From NCBI GenBank assembly GCA_037446435.1, contig JBBIIO010000006.1:1633-65632 (forward strand): 64,000 nucleotides of DNA, given 5' to 3'. The position numbers and the translations under genes were made by a program. Of the stretch, positions 25,645-34,096 are shown piece by piece. The notes beneath the pieces are model-generated. The model was not told the DNA's origin. It did no database searches and saw only the letters and a list, made by a program, of their open reading frames with translations. Numbering within the stretch: position 1 is the first letter of the stretch; the number at the start of each line of letters is the position of its first letter. Source of the stretch: Armatimonadota bacterium (GTDB lineage Bacteria > Armatimonadota > Fimbriimonadia > Fimbriimonadales > ATM1).

Positions 25645-26655
25645 TCAGAAGCGAGCCACCTTCAAGGCGGTCTCGTACACCTGCTCTTCGGACGGCAGCA
25701 CCGCGAGTTCCAGCGGCTGCACCCACGGTACGGGCGTGTCGGCGCGGGTAACGCGCAGCGGCGGCGCGTCGAGGTACTCGAAGCAGTTCTCGTTGACTCG
25801 GGCGATGACTTCGCCGGCGAAACCGCACGTCTTGCTCGCCTCATTCACGACGAGCACACGGCCGGTCTTCTTGACGGAGCGGTAGATGGTCTCCTCGTCG
25901 AGCGGAACCAAGGTGCGGAGATCTATCAGTTCGGCGTCAACGCCGTCATCCGCCAGCATCCCGGCAACCTTGATGGACATGTGCATTGGGTTACCGTAAC
26001 TGATGATCGTAAGGTCGGTGCCGGGTCGGACGATGCTCGCGGAGCCGAGCGGGATGATCGTGTCGTCCGGTATCTCCTCTTCGATCTCGCGCTTGCGGTA
26101 GAGGTCCTTGACCTCATAGAAAATGACCGGGTTGGGGTCCCGCAGCGACGACACCATCAGGCCGTACGCATCGCGGGGCGTGGATGGGCAGACCACTTTC
26201 AAGCCCGGCGAGTGCGCGAACCACGCTTCGTTCTGCTGACTGTGGTAAGGCCCCCCTCCCCCGTAGCCGCCGCTCGGACCGCGGATGACGATCGGGACCC
26301 TCGCCTTGGCTGCGGTGCGGTACGCCATGGTCGCGGCGTTGTTGACAATCTGATCAAAGCCGCAAGAGATGAAATCGATGAACTGCATCTCCACCATCAC
26401 CGGGCGGCCGCGGAGCGCCATTCCTATGGCTGCCCCGACGATGGCTGCCTCGCTGATGGGCGCGTCAATCACGCGGTCGGCGCCGAACTCTTCCTGCAGC
26501 CCCTCGGTTACGCCGAACGCGCCACCAAGCAGGCCGATGTCCTCGCCGATGCAGACCATTTCGGGGTTCCGCAGCATCTCGAAGCGAATGGCGTCCCTCA
26601 GCGCCGTGAGGTAGTTCTTCTGTTCTACGGGAGGGGCGGAGATGGTTGTGCTCAT
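25645..26655 (-). CDS. 2-oxoacid dehydrogenase E1 component, beta subunit
   Basis: 336 aa from ATG 26655. GEDIGLLGGAFGVTEGLQEEFG, typical of the transketolase-like pyrimidine-binding domain. Confidence 0.9.
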   Translation of the reverse strand: MSTTISAPPVEQKNYLTALRDAIRFEMLRNPEMVCIGEDIGLLGGAFGVTEGLQEEFGADRVIDAPISEAAIVGAAIGMALRGRPVMVEMQFIDFISCGFDQIVNNAATMAYRTAAKARVPIVIRGPSGGYGGGGPYHSQQNEAWFAHSPGLKVVCPSTPRDAYGLMVSSLRDPNPVIFYEVKDLYRKREIEEEIPDDTIIPLGSASIVRPGTDLTIISYGNPMHMSIKVAGMLADDGVDAELIDLRTLVPLDEETIYRSVKKTGRVLVVNEASKTCGFAGEVIARVNENCFEYLDAPPLRVTRADTPVPWVQPLELAVLPSEEQVYETALKVARF

Positions 26656-27866
26656 GACTCGTCCCCTTCTGCAAACACCCACCGGAACGCCTCGTCCGGC
26701 TCCGGCATTGGGGCTTTGATGGCGAACTCGACGCCCCGCTTCAAGTAGGCGACTACCTCCGGCGGGAAGTCTGAATCGGTTGTGCTGGGCGCGTCCTTCC
26801 CTTCGGGCGCGAACCGGGCTGCGTCCTCTTCGCTCAGAAGTCCACCCTCGACGAGGTGCCGCTTGAAAACGGCAATCGGGTCGCGGCTCCGGCCGTTCGT
26901 GACCTCCTCCTCGGGACGGTACCGCGCCGCGCGGTCGTCGTCGTGGTCGCCGTGGCCGTAGGCACGGAACGTCTTGCACTCTATCAGCGCCGGGCCGAGG
27001 CCCTTTCGCGCGCGGTCAACAGCCCACATCGTCTTGTCGTACACGTCGAGAACGTCCTGTCCGTCGGCAATCAGGCCGGGGATGCCGTAGCCCTTGGCAC
27101 GGTCGGCAACGTCCTTCGTCGGCACCTCGAGGTGGACCGGCGTGCCGTACGCCCACTGGTTGTTCTCGATGATGACGATGACCGCCAACTTGTGAATGGC
27201 TGCAAGGTTTACCGCCTCGTGGAACACGCCCTGCGCGGTCGAGCCTTCGCCGTTGTAGGTGAGAACGACGTTGTCGAGCCCCTTCAGTTTGAAATCGTAC
27301 GCAACGCCGCACGCGACCGGTATGGTGCCCGCCAGCATGCTGGTGCTGGGGATGATGCCGCGCTTCACGTCGCCGATGTGAGACCAGTTGTCCCTTGCCC
27401 TGCCGGGAGCGGTCGCCTTGCCCCAGACCTGCGAGCAGACCTCCTCGATGGTCATCCCCTTGCGGTCCGCATTGTCCCAGCCGGAGCGAATGTCCTTGAG
27501 GAAGAACGCGGGCATGTCCCGGTGGATGGGCGAGGTCCAGTCGTCGGGCTTGAGTCCAAAAAGGGTCCCGACCAGGATTGCCTCTTGATTATGAGAGGAG
27601 TAGAGAGTTCCGCGCAGGCGCCCTCGCCGCTTCTCCTTAATCAGCCGCACATCGAAGTATCGGGCGAGATACAGTTGGCGCAGCAACTCGAGGTGATCCT
27701 CGGGAGTTAGGGCATCCCGGGGTCGTACGGCTACCGCCGCATCCTCTTGGCGATTATCCTCCGTCGGCTCTGACGGAGTCGAAACGGTCTTAGTCTTCAA
27801 TCTGAACGGCTCCTGACGCTCTATGGACACCAATTCCTGCCTGGACTGCCGAGTATACCCGTCCAA
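26652..27866 (-). CDS. 2-oxoacid dehydrogenase E1 component, alpha subunit (TPP-dependent)
   Basis: TPP-binding GEGSTAQGVFHEAVNLAA...IIENNQWAY. ATGA overlap with the beta subunit. The start is uncertain: TTG 27866 or the GTG 12 codons downstream. The first ~60 codons have atypical codon usage. Confidence 0.85.
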   Translation of the reverse strand: MDGYTRQSRQELVSIERQEPFRLKTKTVSTPSEPTEDNRQEDAAVAVRPRDALTPEDHLELLRQLYLARYFDVRLIKEKRRGRLRGTLYSSHNQEAILVGTLFGLKPDDWTSPIHRDMPAFFLKDIRSGWDNADRKGMTIEEVCSQVWGKATAPGRARDNWSHIGDVKRGIIPSTSMLAGTIPVACGVAYDFKLKGLDNVVLTYNGEGSTAQGVFHEAVNLAAIHKLAVIVIIENNQWAYGTPVHLEVPTKDVADRAKGYGIPGLIADGQDVLDVYDKTMWAVDRARKGLGPALIECKTFRAYGHGDHDDDRAARYRPEEEVTNGRSRDPIAVFKRHLVEGGLLSEEDAARFAPEGKDAPSTTDSDFPPEVVAYLKRGVEFAIKAPMPEPDEAFRWVFAEGDES

Positions 27867-27920
27867 TCCCGCGCAAGTGGTGGGTTTCTCCAGAACATTA
27901 TCGGCAGGCCGGGCGTCTAA

Positions 27921-28667
27921 ATGACCGTGAACGCAGTTGTCACGCTATTGCTGTTGTCGGCTACCAGCCCTCAGGGCCAGGTCGGCGGGTTCCAGGGCGC
28001 GCTCGACCCACAGGTCGTCATTGGCGCAGCGGTTTCCAACAGCCTCTCCCAGAGCCACCTGTTCGCCGAGCAGGTCGGTTGGGAGGATGAGCGCGGGCGG
28101 CGGGTTAGCGACGTGCTGACGAGGCTGTGGTACAAAAGCCCAAATCTCTTCTACCTCGAGTCGTACCTTGGCAGCACGATGGTTTTGCGCATCGTCGCCG
28201 ATGGCAGCAAGGTTTGGAGATATAACGCCGTTCGGAACGAATACTCGTTCTCACAGCAGCCGGGTGGCATTCAGCAAACGCTCCAAGTCATGGCTTCTTG
28301 GGCTCGACGAGAAGACCAGTGGCTGTTACGTCTCCTGGCAGGAAGTAGCAACTGGCTTGTCCTGCCAGCTGTGCAATACAACCCAAGCCCGGCAACGATC
28401 CAAGAGGTCGTGCAGGAGAAGATCACCTGGACAGGCGTGGATTGGCGCGGCGAAAGGCACACGTTCCGCTTCGACGACTTCTACCCAACCGGCAAGATGT
28501 CCCGCCTCGTGCTTGAGTCGAAGACGGATACGCGAAACGGCTTGCGCCACTCGCTGTACGACACGACGTTCGCCTACCCGGCGCAGTTCAGTTTCCAGAT
28601 CACTTTCGCCCCGCCGCCGGGCGCTAAGCCGGCGGCTGACCTTCCTGGTCGCATCGGCGGAGGTTAG
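27921..28667 (+). CDS. hypothetical exported protein, possibly LolA-like fold
   Basis: 248 aa with a hydrophobic N-terminus. The segment RLWYKSPNLFYLES...LRIVADGSKVWRYNAVRNEY resembles LolA/DUF2092-type proteins. Weak call. Confidence 0.5.
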   Translation: MTVNAVVTLLLLSATSPQGQVGGFQGALDPQVVIGAAVSNSLSQSHLFAEQVGWEDERGRRVSDVLTRLWYKSPNLFYLESYLGSTMVLRIVADGSKVWRYNAVRNEYSFSQQPGGIQQTLQVMASWARREDQWLLRLLAGSSNWLVLPAVQYNPSPATIQEVVQEKITWTGVDWRGERHTFRFDDFYPTGKMSRLVLESKTDTRNGLRHSLYDTTFAYPAQFSFQITFAPPPGAKPAADLPGRIGGG

Positions 28668-29587
28668 AGCAATCGCTTGCGGACGCTTAGGGGCGCAAAC
28701 GTGAGCAGCCACCGCAGCGCGGACTTGAACCGTTTCGGGTTGAGCCTCAACGACCGAACGTAGGCTGCCCTCGCGTCGCTCGGTCGCCCGGTGATGGAGT
28801 AAAGCGATCCTAAGCACGCCAGCGTGTGCGCCAGCGCCTCGCGTATCTCGCTCCCCCCTCGCGGCTGAGCAAGCAGTTCGTCGGCTCGCGCGGCATACTT
28901 CTCGCGAATGCGAATCTCCTCGCGGTACTTCGGCTCGAGGTGGTAGATGGTGTTCGTTTGGTGGACGCGGTAGAGAGTCAGCTCTTCCGGAATGAACGCC
29001 ACACTTCCCTCCTCGGCAAGCCTTAGCCACATCTCCCAATCGCCGAGAATCTTAAACGAGGCGTCGAAGCCTCCCAGACTGCGCGCCAGTTCCGTTCGAA
29101 ACATCACCGACGATGCGATGGCTCGGTTGTTCGCGATGAAGGTCGCCAAGTGGTCCCCGCTCTCCATCCAGGGGAAGTCGAATCCCATCGGGCGACCGGG
29201 AAGTGTGTTGCCCTCGTCGTCTATGAACCTACCGAACGTGTGGCAGAGGCTGCGCGCCGAGTCCTCGTCCATCGCCTCGACTTGGAGGCGCAGTTTGTCG
29301 GGAAGCCAAACGTCGTCGCTGTTCAGCACCGCCGAGTACTCGCCCCGCGCGGCTTGCAGAGCCTGGTTGAGCGCGGCGTAGGTTCCGACGTTCGCATCGT
29401 TCAGCATGAGCGTAACGCGGTCGGCGTACTCTTGGAGAATCTCTCGCGAGCGGTCGGTCGAGTTGTCGTCAACGACGATGACCTCGACGTCCTGGAGCGT
29501 CTGGTTGAGCGTACTCTCGATGCACTCACGCAGCCACCGCTCGTGGTTGTAACTCGTGAGCAGCACGCTGACCCTAGGGCTACTCAT
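28664..29587 (-). CDS. family-2 glycosyltransferase
   Basis: 307 aa from ATG 29587. VSVLLTSYNHERWL, VVDDNSTD and NSDD (DxD) motifs. Overlaps the hpt stop by 8 nt. Confidence 0.8.
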   Translation of the reverse strand: MSSPRVSVLLTSYNHERWLRECIESTLNQTLQDVEVIVVDDNSTDRSREILQEYADRVTLMLNDANVGTYAALNQALQAARGEYSAVLNSDDVWLPDKLRLQVEAMDEDSARSLCHTFGRFIDDEGNTLPGRPMGFDFPWMESGDHLATFIANNRAIASSVMFRTELARSLGGFDASFKILGDWEMWLRLAEEGSVAFIPEELTLYRVHQTNTIYHLEPKYREEIRIREKYAARADELLAQPRGGSEIREALAHTLACLGSLYSITGRPSDARAAYVRSLRLNPKRFKSALRWLLTFAPLSVRKRLL

Positions 29588-30095
29588 CTCGCCACTCGAC
29601 CACCTCGGGAAGTCCGCGGAAGCGCTCGTCAACGTCCATCCCGTAGCCGACGACGAACGTCGAGGGTATCTCGAAGCCGACCCAGTCCGGTTTGGACCGC
29701 CCCTCGTGCGCCTCTGCCTTGAAGAACAACGCGACGACGCAGAGCGATGCCGGGCCTCGGGCATGGAGCAGCCGCACAAGGTAGTCGAGCGTCAGCCCCG
29801 TGTCCACGATGTCTTCGACGATCAGCACGTCCCTGCCCGTGATGTCTGTGGCGAGATCAAGCGTTATCTCGACTGCGCCCGACGACTCCGTACCCTGGTA
29901 ACTCCTCACGCCGAGGAAGTCCACCGCGAACGTCGGGGGAAGGCGGCGCACAAGGTCGGCAAGAAACAGGAACGACCCCTTCAGGACGCCGACCAGCAAG
30001 GCGCCGTCCGGGTAGGCGAGCTCGAGTTCCTGTGCCAGTTGCGCCACGCGCTCGGAAATCTGCGCCTCGGTTACTACGGTTTTCCCTACTCCCAT
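29580..30095 (-). CDS. hpt: hypoxanthine phosphoribosyltransferase
   Basis: 171 aa. PRPP-binding loop VLIVEDIVDTGLTL and GYGMD. Confidence 0.9.
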   Translation of the reverse strand: MGVGKTVVTEAQISERVAQLAQELELAYPDGALLVGVLKGSFLFLADLVRRLPPTFAVDFLGVRSYQGTESSGAVEITLDLATDITGRDVLIVEDIVDTGLTLDYLVRLLHARGPASLCVVALFFKAEAHEGRSKPDWVGFEIPSTFVVGYGMDVDERFRGLPEVVEWRDE

Positions 30096-31657
30096 TCGAT
30101 CGTTGCGGGCGGTTTCGACGTGAGGTCATACACGACGCGATTGACGCCTTCAACCTCGTTGACGATGCGGCGAGCGACGCGCTCCAGGACCGGGAACGGT
30201 ATCTCGGCGGCGCGAGCGGTCATTGCATCCTCGCTCACCACGGCGCGCAGCACAATCGGATGCTCATAGGTGCGGGCGTCGCCCATCACGCCGACGCTGC
30301 GCACGTCGAGCAGCGCGGCGTAGCATTGCCAAATACCCTGCTCCAAGCCCGCTTCTCGAAGTTCGGTCCGAAAGATGTGATCAGCCAGTTGCACGAGTCG
30401 CACACGCTCTGCGGTTACCTCGCCCAAGATTCGTACCGCAAGCCCAGGGCCGGGGAACGGCTGGCGGTTGATCATAGACTCGGGCAGTCCCAATTGTCTG
30501 CCCACGTTGCGCACCTCGTCTTTGAACAGCCACCGCAGCGGCTCTACCAACTCCATCCTCATCCACTCCGGCAATCCGCCGACGTTGTGATGGGATTTGA
30601 TGGTCGCCGCGGTCGGCGAGCCGCTCTCGATAACGTCTGGATACAGAGTGCCCTGCGCGAGGAAGTCGCACCCTTCCAGGTCGGCGGCGTGCGCCTCGAA
30701 CACGCGGATGAACTCGGCGCCGGTGATCTTGCGCTTCTGCTCCGGGTCGCTGACGCCCCTTAGGGCGGTCAAGAACTGCTCGCTCGCGTCAATCCGGATG
30801 AACTCCGCGGGAATGTGCTCCTGGAACGCGGCGCTGACTTCATCCGCCTCGTTGTAGCGTAGCAGGCCGTGATCAACGAACACGCAGCGCAAGCGCTCGC
30901 CGATTGCGCGGGCTACCAGCCCTGCGCAAACGGTGCTGTCTACACCGCCTGAGACCGCGCACATCACGCGTCCGCTTCCTACCTGCTCGCGGATCTGCTC
31001 CGTGCTCTCCTCGATGAAGTTCGCCGTGGTCCAATCTCCACTGAAGTCGGCTACATCGTAAAGGAACTGCCGAAGAATCTCCTTCCCCCCTTCGGTATGG
31101 CTCACCTCAGGATGGAACTGCACGCCGAAGAGCTTCCGCTCCCGGTCTTCCACCGCCGCGATGGCGGCGCTCTCCGTTTCAGCGGCGACGCAAAATCCGG
31201 GCGGCGGCTGCACCACAGTATCGCCGTGGCTCATCCACGCCACAAACTCGCCCTGGAGCAACGCTGCCCCCTCGACCGCCTGGACCCTCTGCTCGCCATA
31301 CTCGCGAGCCGCCCCGGGTCGCACGACGCCCCCCAGCGCGGACGCGAGGAACTGCAGCCCATAGCAGATGCCGAGCAGCGGCTTGCCCGCTTCCAGCAGG
31401 GCGCGAGGCACGGCGGGGCTGTCCTTCTCAGTTACGCTTCGCGGTCCTCCGCTCAGGATGATCGCCTTCGCGCCGCTCCACTCCGCGTGGAGGTTCTCCG
31501 CGTTCCAAGGGACGATTCGGGCAAACACACCCAACTCCCGCGCCTTCCGAGCGATGAGTTGCGTATACTGCCCTCCGAAGTCAACGACGACGAGTGTCTC
31601 GTGGTGCGCGGTCAGGTCCACATGCGCAGTTTCGCACCACAGACGCGCTCGGGTCAA
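30086..31657 (-). CDS. guaA: glutamine-hydrolysing GMP synthase
   Basis: GATase (GICYGLQ), ATP-PPase loop SGGVDS and C-terminal EWE. The true start may be GTG 31621, giving M-DLTAHHETLVVVDFG. That start is preceded by TTGACC, an 18-nt spacer, GAAACT and 6 nt. Confidence 0.9.
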   Translation of the reverse strand: MTRARLWCETAHVDLTAHHETLVVVDFGGQYTQLIARKARELGVFARIVPWNAENLHAEWSGAKAIILSGGPRSVTEKDSPAVPRALLEAGKPLLGICYGLQFLASALGGVVRPGAAREYGEQRVQAVEGAALLQGEFVAWMSHGDTVVQPPPGFCVAAETESAAIAAVEDRERKLFGVQFHPEVSHTEGGKEILRQFLYDVADFSGDWTTANFIEESTEQIREQVGSGRVMCAVSGGVDSTVCAGLVARAIGERLRCVFVDHGLLRYNEADEVSAAFQEHIPAEFIRIDASEQFLTALRGVSDPEQKRKITGAEFIRVFEAHAADLEGCDFLAQGTLYPDVIESGSPTAATIKSHHNVGGLPEWMRMELVEPLRWLFKDEVRNVGRQLGLPESMINRQPFPGPGLAVRILGEVTAERVRLVQLADHIFRTELREAGLEQGIWQCYAALLDVRSVGVMGDARTYEHPIVLRAVVSEDAMTARAAEIPFPVLERVARRIVNEVEGVNRVVYDLTSKPPATIEWE

Positions 31658-31673
31658 TAGGGGGCTAAATTCC

Positions 31674-32294
31674 GTGTCTCTACGGTTGAGGGCAATCGGC
31701 TTCCCCGAGGGAGGGGACCAAGAGGGGGCGAAGCGTGCGCTTTGGGAAGTCGCGCGCTCCGGTGAGCGGAGCGGCGACTCGGTCCGGGCAACGCCGTTCT
31801 ACGGCTGTGACGTTCTCCTCGATGTGGACGCCGACCTCAAGGCGCGCAGCCTTGCGGTCGCCCTGGACGGACAGCGCCAACCGATGCTGGTCGGGCGCGT
31901 GGACACTGAAGCCGGCCTCGTCGTTGTGGACGGATTTACCTGCCTGGATGGCCACCCAATCACGCCGATCCGGTGTTACCCCCAGGGGCGATGCCCAGAT
32001 TTGGAGCCGGGGGCAGCGTATGCGGTCGAATATGCTGGATTCTGCGAGCAAATCGAAAGCGGGGACGGAGTCTATGGCTCGCAACTTGAAGGGGACTCGC
32101 TGGTTGTCGGCGGGGTGCTGTTCCGGTGCGGCCGGAGGCGCAACAGCCTCACGGGAGCTGATGTGTACGTGGCCACGCTGTGGATTCCAGGCGCCCTCAT
32201 TCCGGTCTGCTGCCCGAGCGACGGCGCACCCGAGCCGGGCATGGACGTTCGGGCGCGGATGGAGCTGTACGTGACGGTCTGCCAGCGGCTCTGA
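31674..32294 (+). CDS. hypothetical Cys-rich protein; start and even coding strand uncertain
   Basis: The open frame has genome-like codon usage. The in-register antisense frame (31680..32306, minus) is also open and scores similarly. No start signal was recognised. Confidence 0.3.
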   Translation: MSLRLRAIGFPEGGDQEGAKRALWEVARSGERSGDSVRATPFYGCDVLLDVDADLKARSLAVALDGQRQPMLVGRVDTEAGLVVVDGFTCLDGHPITPIRCYPQGRCPDLEPGAAYAVEYAGFCEQIESGDGVYGSQLEGDSLVVGGVLFRCGRRRNSLTGADVYVATLWIPGALIPVCCPSDGAPEPGMDVRARMELYVTVCQRL

Positions 32295-32336
32295 GCGGCT
32301 CGGCACGGTTGCTCTGCCGAACAGTTGGGCCTCTGG

Positions 32337-32342
32337 TAGACT
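32337..32342 (+). promoter_or_regulatory. -10-like box TAGACT, 6 nt upstream of GTG 32349 (mqnC)
   Basis: Read directly from the sequence. No SD. Confidence 0.35.
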
Positions 32343-32348
32343 TCGCTC

Positions 32349-33473
32349 GTGGCATCCTCACCCACCCAAGCCCCGGCGAGAGGAAAGGTCAGCGAGATTC
32401 GCGGGCGCGTGCTCGCAGGGGAAAGAATCAGCGCCGACGACGCCTTGGCGCTTTTTCACCACACGAACCTGCCCGAGTTGGCTGAGATGGCGAACTTCCG
32501 GCGTCAGTCGCTGGCGCCTGGCCGCGTCGTGACCTACGTCATTGGCCGCATTCTGAATTATACCAACGTGTGCTGGGTTCGGTGCCGCTTCTGCGCTTTT
32601 TATCGGGTGCCGGGTCACGACGAGGGTTATCTCCTCACGGACGACGAGATTCTGCAGAAGGTGGAGGACACCGTGCGGCAGGGTGGCGTGGAGATTCTTT
32701 TCCAGGGCGGCCTGAATCCCTCGCTGAAGGTGGAATACTACGAGCGCGTTTTCCGAAAGATCCGCGAGCGCTTTCCCGCCGTTATCCTTCACGCGCTCAG
32801 CCCGGCGGAGATCATCTACGTTGCGCATCGCAGCAAGTTGACGCTGCGGGAATGCTTGATTCGCCTGCACGAATCCGGCTTGCACAGCATTCCGGGCGCG
32901 GGTGGCGAGATTCTCGTCGACCGCGTTCGCAAGATCATCGCGCCTTACAAGGACACCACCGACGAGTGGTTGCACTGCATGCGAACCGCGGCGGAACTCG
33001 GCATCCGCTCGACCGCCAGCATGATGTTCGGTCACGTTGAGACGGTCGAGGACCGCGTGGAGCACCTGCAGCGCATTCGTGACCTGCAGGACGAGTGCGG
33101 GCCCTTCCGCGCGTTCATCACTTGGAGCTTCCAACCGGAGGAGACCGCTCTGCCGATTGAGCGCAAAGCGTCCGCGTTCGACTATCTTCGCACGCTTGCG
33201 GTGTCGCGGATCTTCTTAGACAACATCCCAAACATCCAGGTTTCGTTCCTCACGCAAGGCCCGCGCGTAGCGCAGGTTGCGCTGGGCTATGGAGCAAATG
33301 ACTTCGGCTCCGTGATGATCGAGGAGAACGTCGTATCCGCTGCGGGGAACAAGTTTATCGTAGACGCGAACGAATTCGAGCGTTTGATTCGCGACGCAGG
33401 GTATATCCCTCGGCGCCGAAACACCCGGTATGAAATAATCGATGACCGCGGAGTCGTTGATGCCAACACTTAG
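32349..33473 (+). CDS. mqnC: radical-SAM cyclic dehypoxanthinyl futalosine synthase (futalosine menaquinone pathway)
   Basis: NYTNVCWVRCRFCAF cluster motif. The LFQGGLNP, HALSPAEI, MMFGHVET and FITWSFQP patterns fit MqnC better than MqnE, judged from memory of family consensus. Confidence 0.75.
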   Translation: MASSPTQAPARGKVSEIRGRVLAGERISADDALALFHHTNLPELAEMANFRRQSLAPGRVVTYVIGRILNYTNVCWVRCRFCAFYRVPGHDEGYLLTDDEILQKVEDTVRQGGVEILFQGGLNPSLKVEYYERVFRKIRERFPAVILHALSPAEIIYVAHRSKLTLRECLIRLHESGLHSIPGAGGEILVDRVRKIIAPYKDTTDEWLHCMRTAAELGIRSTASMMFGHVETVEDRVEHLQRIRDLQDECGPFRAFITWSFQPEETALPIERKASAFDYLRTLAVSRIFLDNIPNIQVSFLTQGPRVAQVALGYGANDFGSVMIEENVVSAAGNKFIVDANEFERLIRDAGYIPRRRNTRYEIIDDRGVVDANT

Positions 33474-34048
33474 TTCGCCAACCCTCGCGCAGGAGTTCCT
33501 GGCCTGATAGCATTCACAAATTCGTAGAGAGCTTGGCGCAACTCAGCTGAACTCATCCCTTTGGAGCGAATCGTAAACCTGAGCCGCCACAGTTCGCTGC
33601 CGACGTAACTCTCGAAGGCGACATAGCGCTGCCCGTCCAACTCACCCTCGACGATCCCTCCAAAAAAGACCCCCAGCGCCACGCCGTCACTCCCTGAGGC
33701 GTCGGCAAGGACGCGGACTTCTGCCTCCGGCTCAGGCAGCGCATCGACCCTCAGGATGGCGTCGGGATAACTGGGGCTACTCAGCTCCGCCGGGAGCGTG
33801 TACGACATGCCGCTGCTTACCGGCTCGTCGGTCATGACGCACCACCCACGTGGCAGCATTCCCCAGCACCCTCGCCCGGCTATGCCGGAATCCAGAATCA
33901 CGAGCGAGCTGCTCCCGGGATCGACAGGTCGCGACTCCAGTGCTTCCTCCGAGAGGGGCGATGAGCCGCCTCGAGCGCCCGTGCAGCCGCCACTAAGCAA
34001 GTGCACGAGCATCAAGAAGGACACGGCGTGCCTCGCAACGGCCTTCAT
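33470..34048 (-). CDS. hypothetical lipoprotein
   Basis: 192 aa with signal peptide plus lipobox LLSGG-C. Family not recognised. Confidence 0.6.
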   Translation of the reverse strand: MKAVARHAVSFLMLVHLLSGGCTGARGGSSPLSEEALESRPVDPGSSSLVILDSGIAGRGCWGMLPRGWCVMTDEPVSSGMSYTLPAELSSPSYPDAILRVDALPEPEAEVRVLADASGSDGVALGVFFGGIVEGELDGQRYVAFESYVGSELWRLRFTIRSKGMSSAELRQALYEFVNAIRPGTPARGLAN

Positions 34049-34055
34049 GCCGAGT

Positions 34056-34061
34056 ATTCTA
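34056..34061 (-). promoter_or_regulatory. -10 box TAGAAT, 7 nt upstream of ATG 34048
   Basis: Plus strand reads attcta at 34056-34061. No SD. Confidence 0.45.
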
Positions 34062-34082
34062 TCCTGCCGCCGTCGCTTCGGT

Positions 34083-34088
34083 CATAAT
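34083..34088 (+). promoter_or_regulatory. -10 box CATAAT, 8 nt upstream of GTG 34097 (trpS)
   Basis: Read directly from the sequence. No SD. Confidence 0.4.
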
Positions 34089-34096
34089 GCGCCCCC

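Noticed and set aside
24625-26748. 707-aa plus-strand ORF (and 24743..25885) opposite the E2/E1beta genes
   Set aside because: It is antisense to conserved dehydrogenase genes and has a low-complexity Arg/Gly/Asp-rich product.
31735-32274. 179-aa plus-strand ORF with a GAGGGGG SD-like sequence upstream of GTG 31735
   Set aside because: The product is Trp/Ser/Arg-rich, typical of an off-frame reading of a GC-rich coding block.
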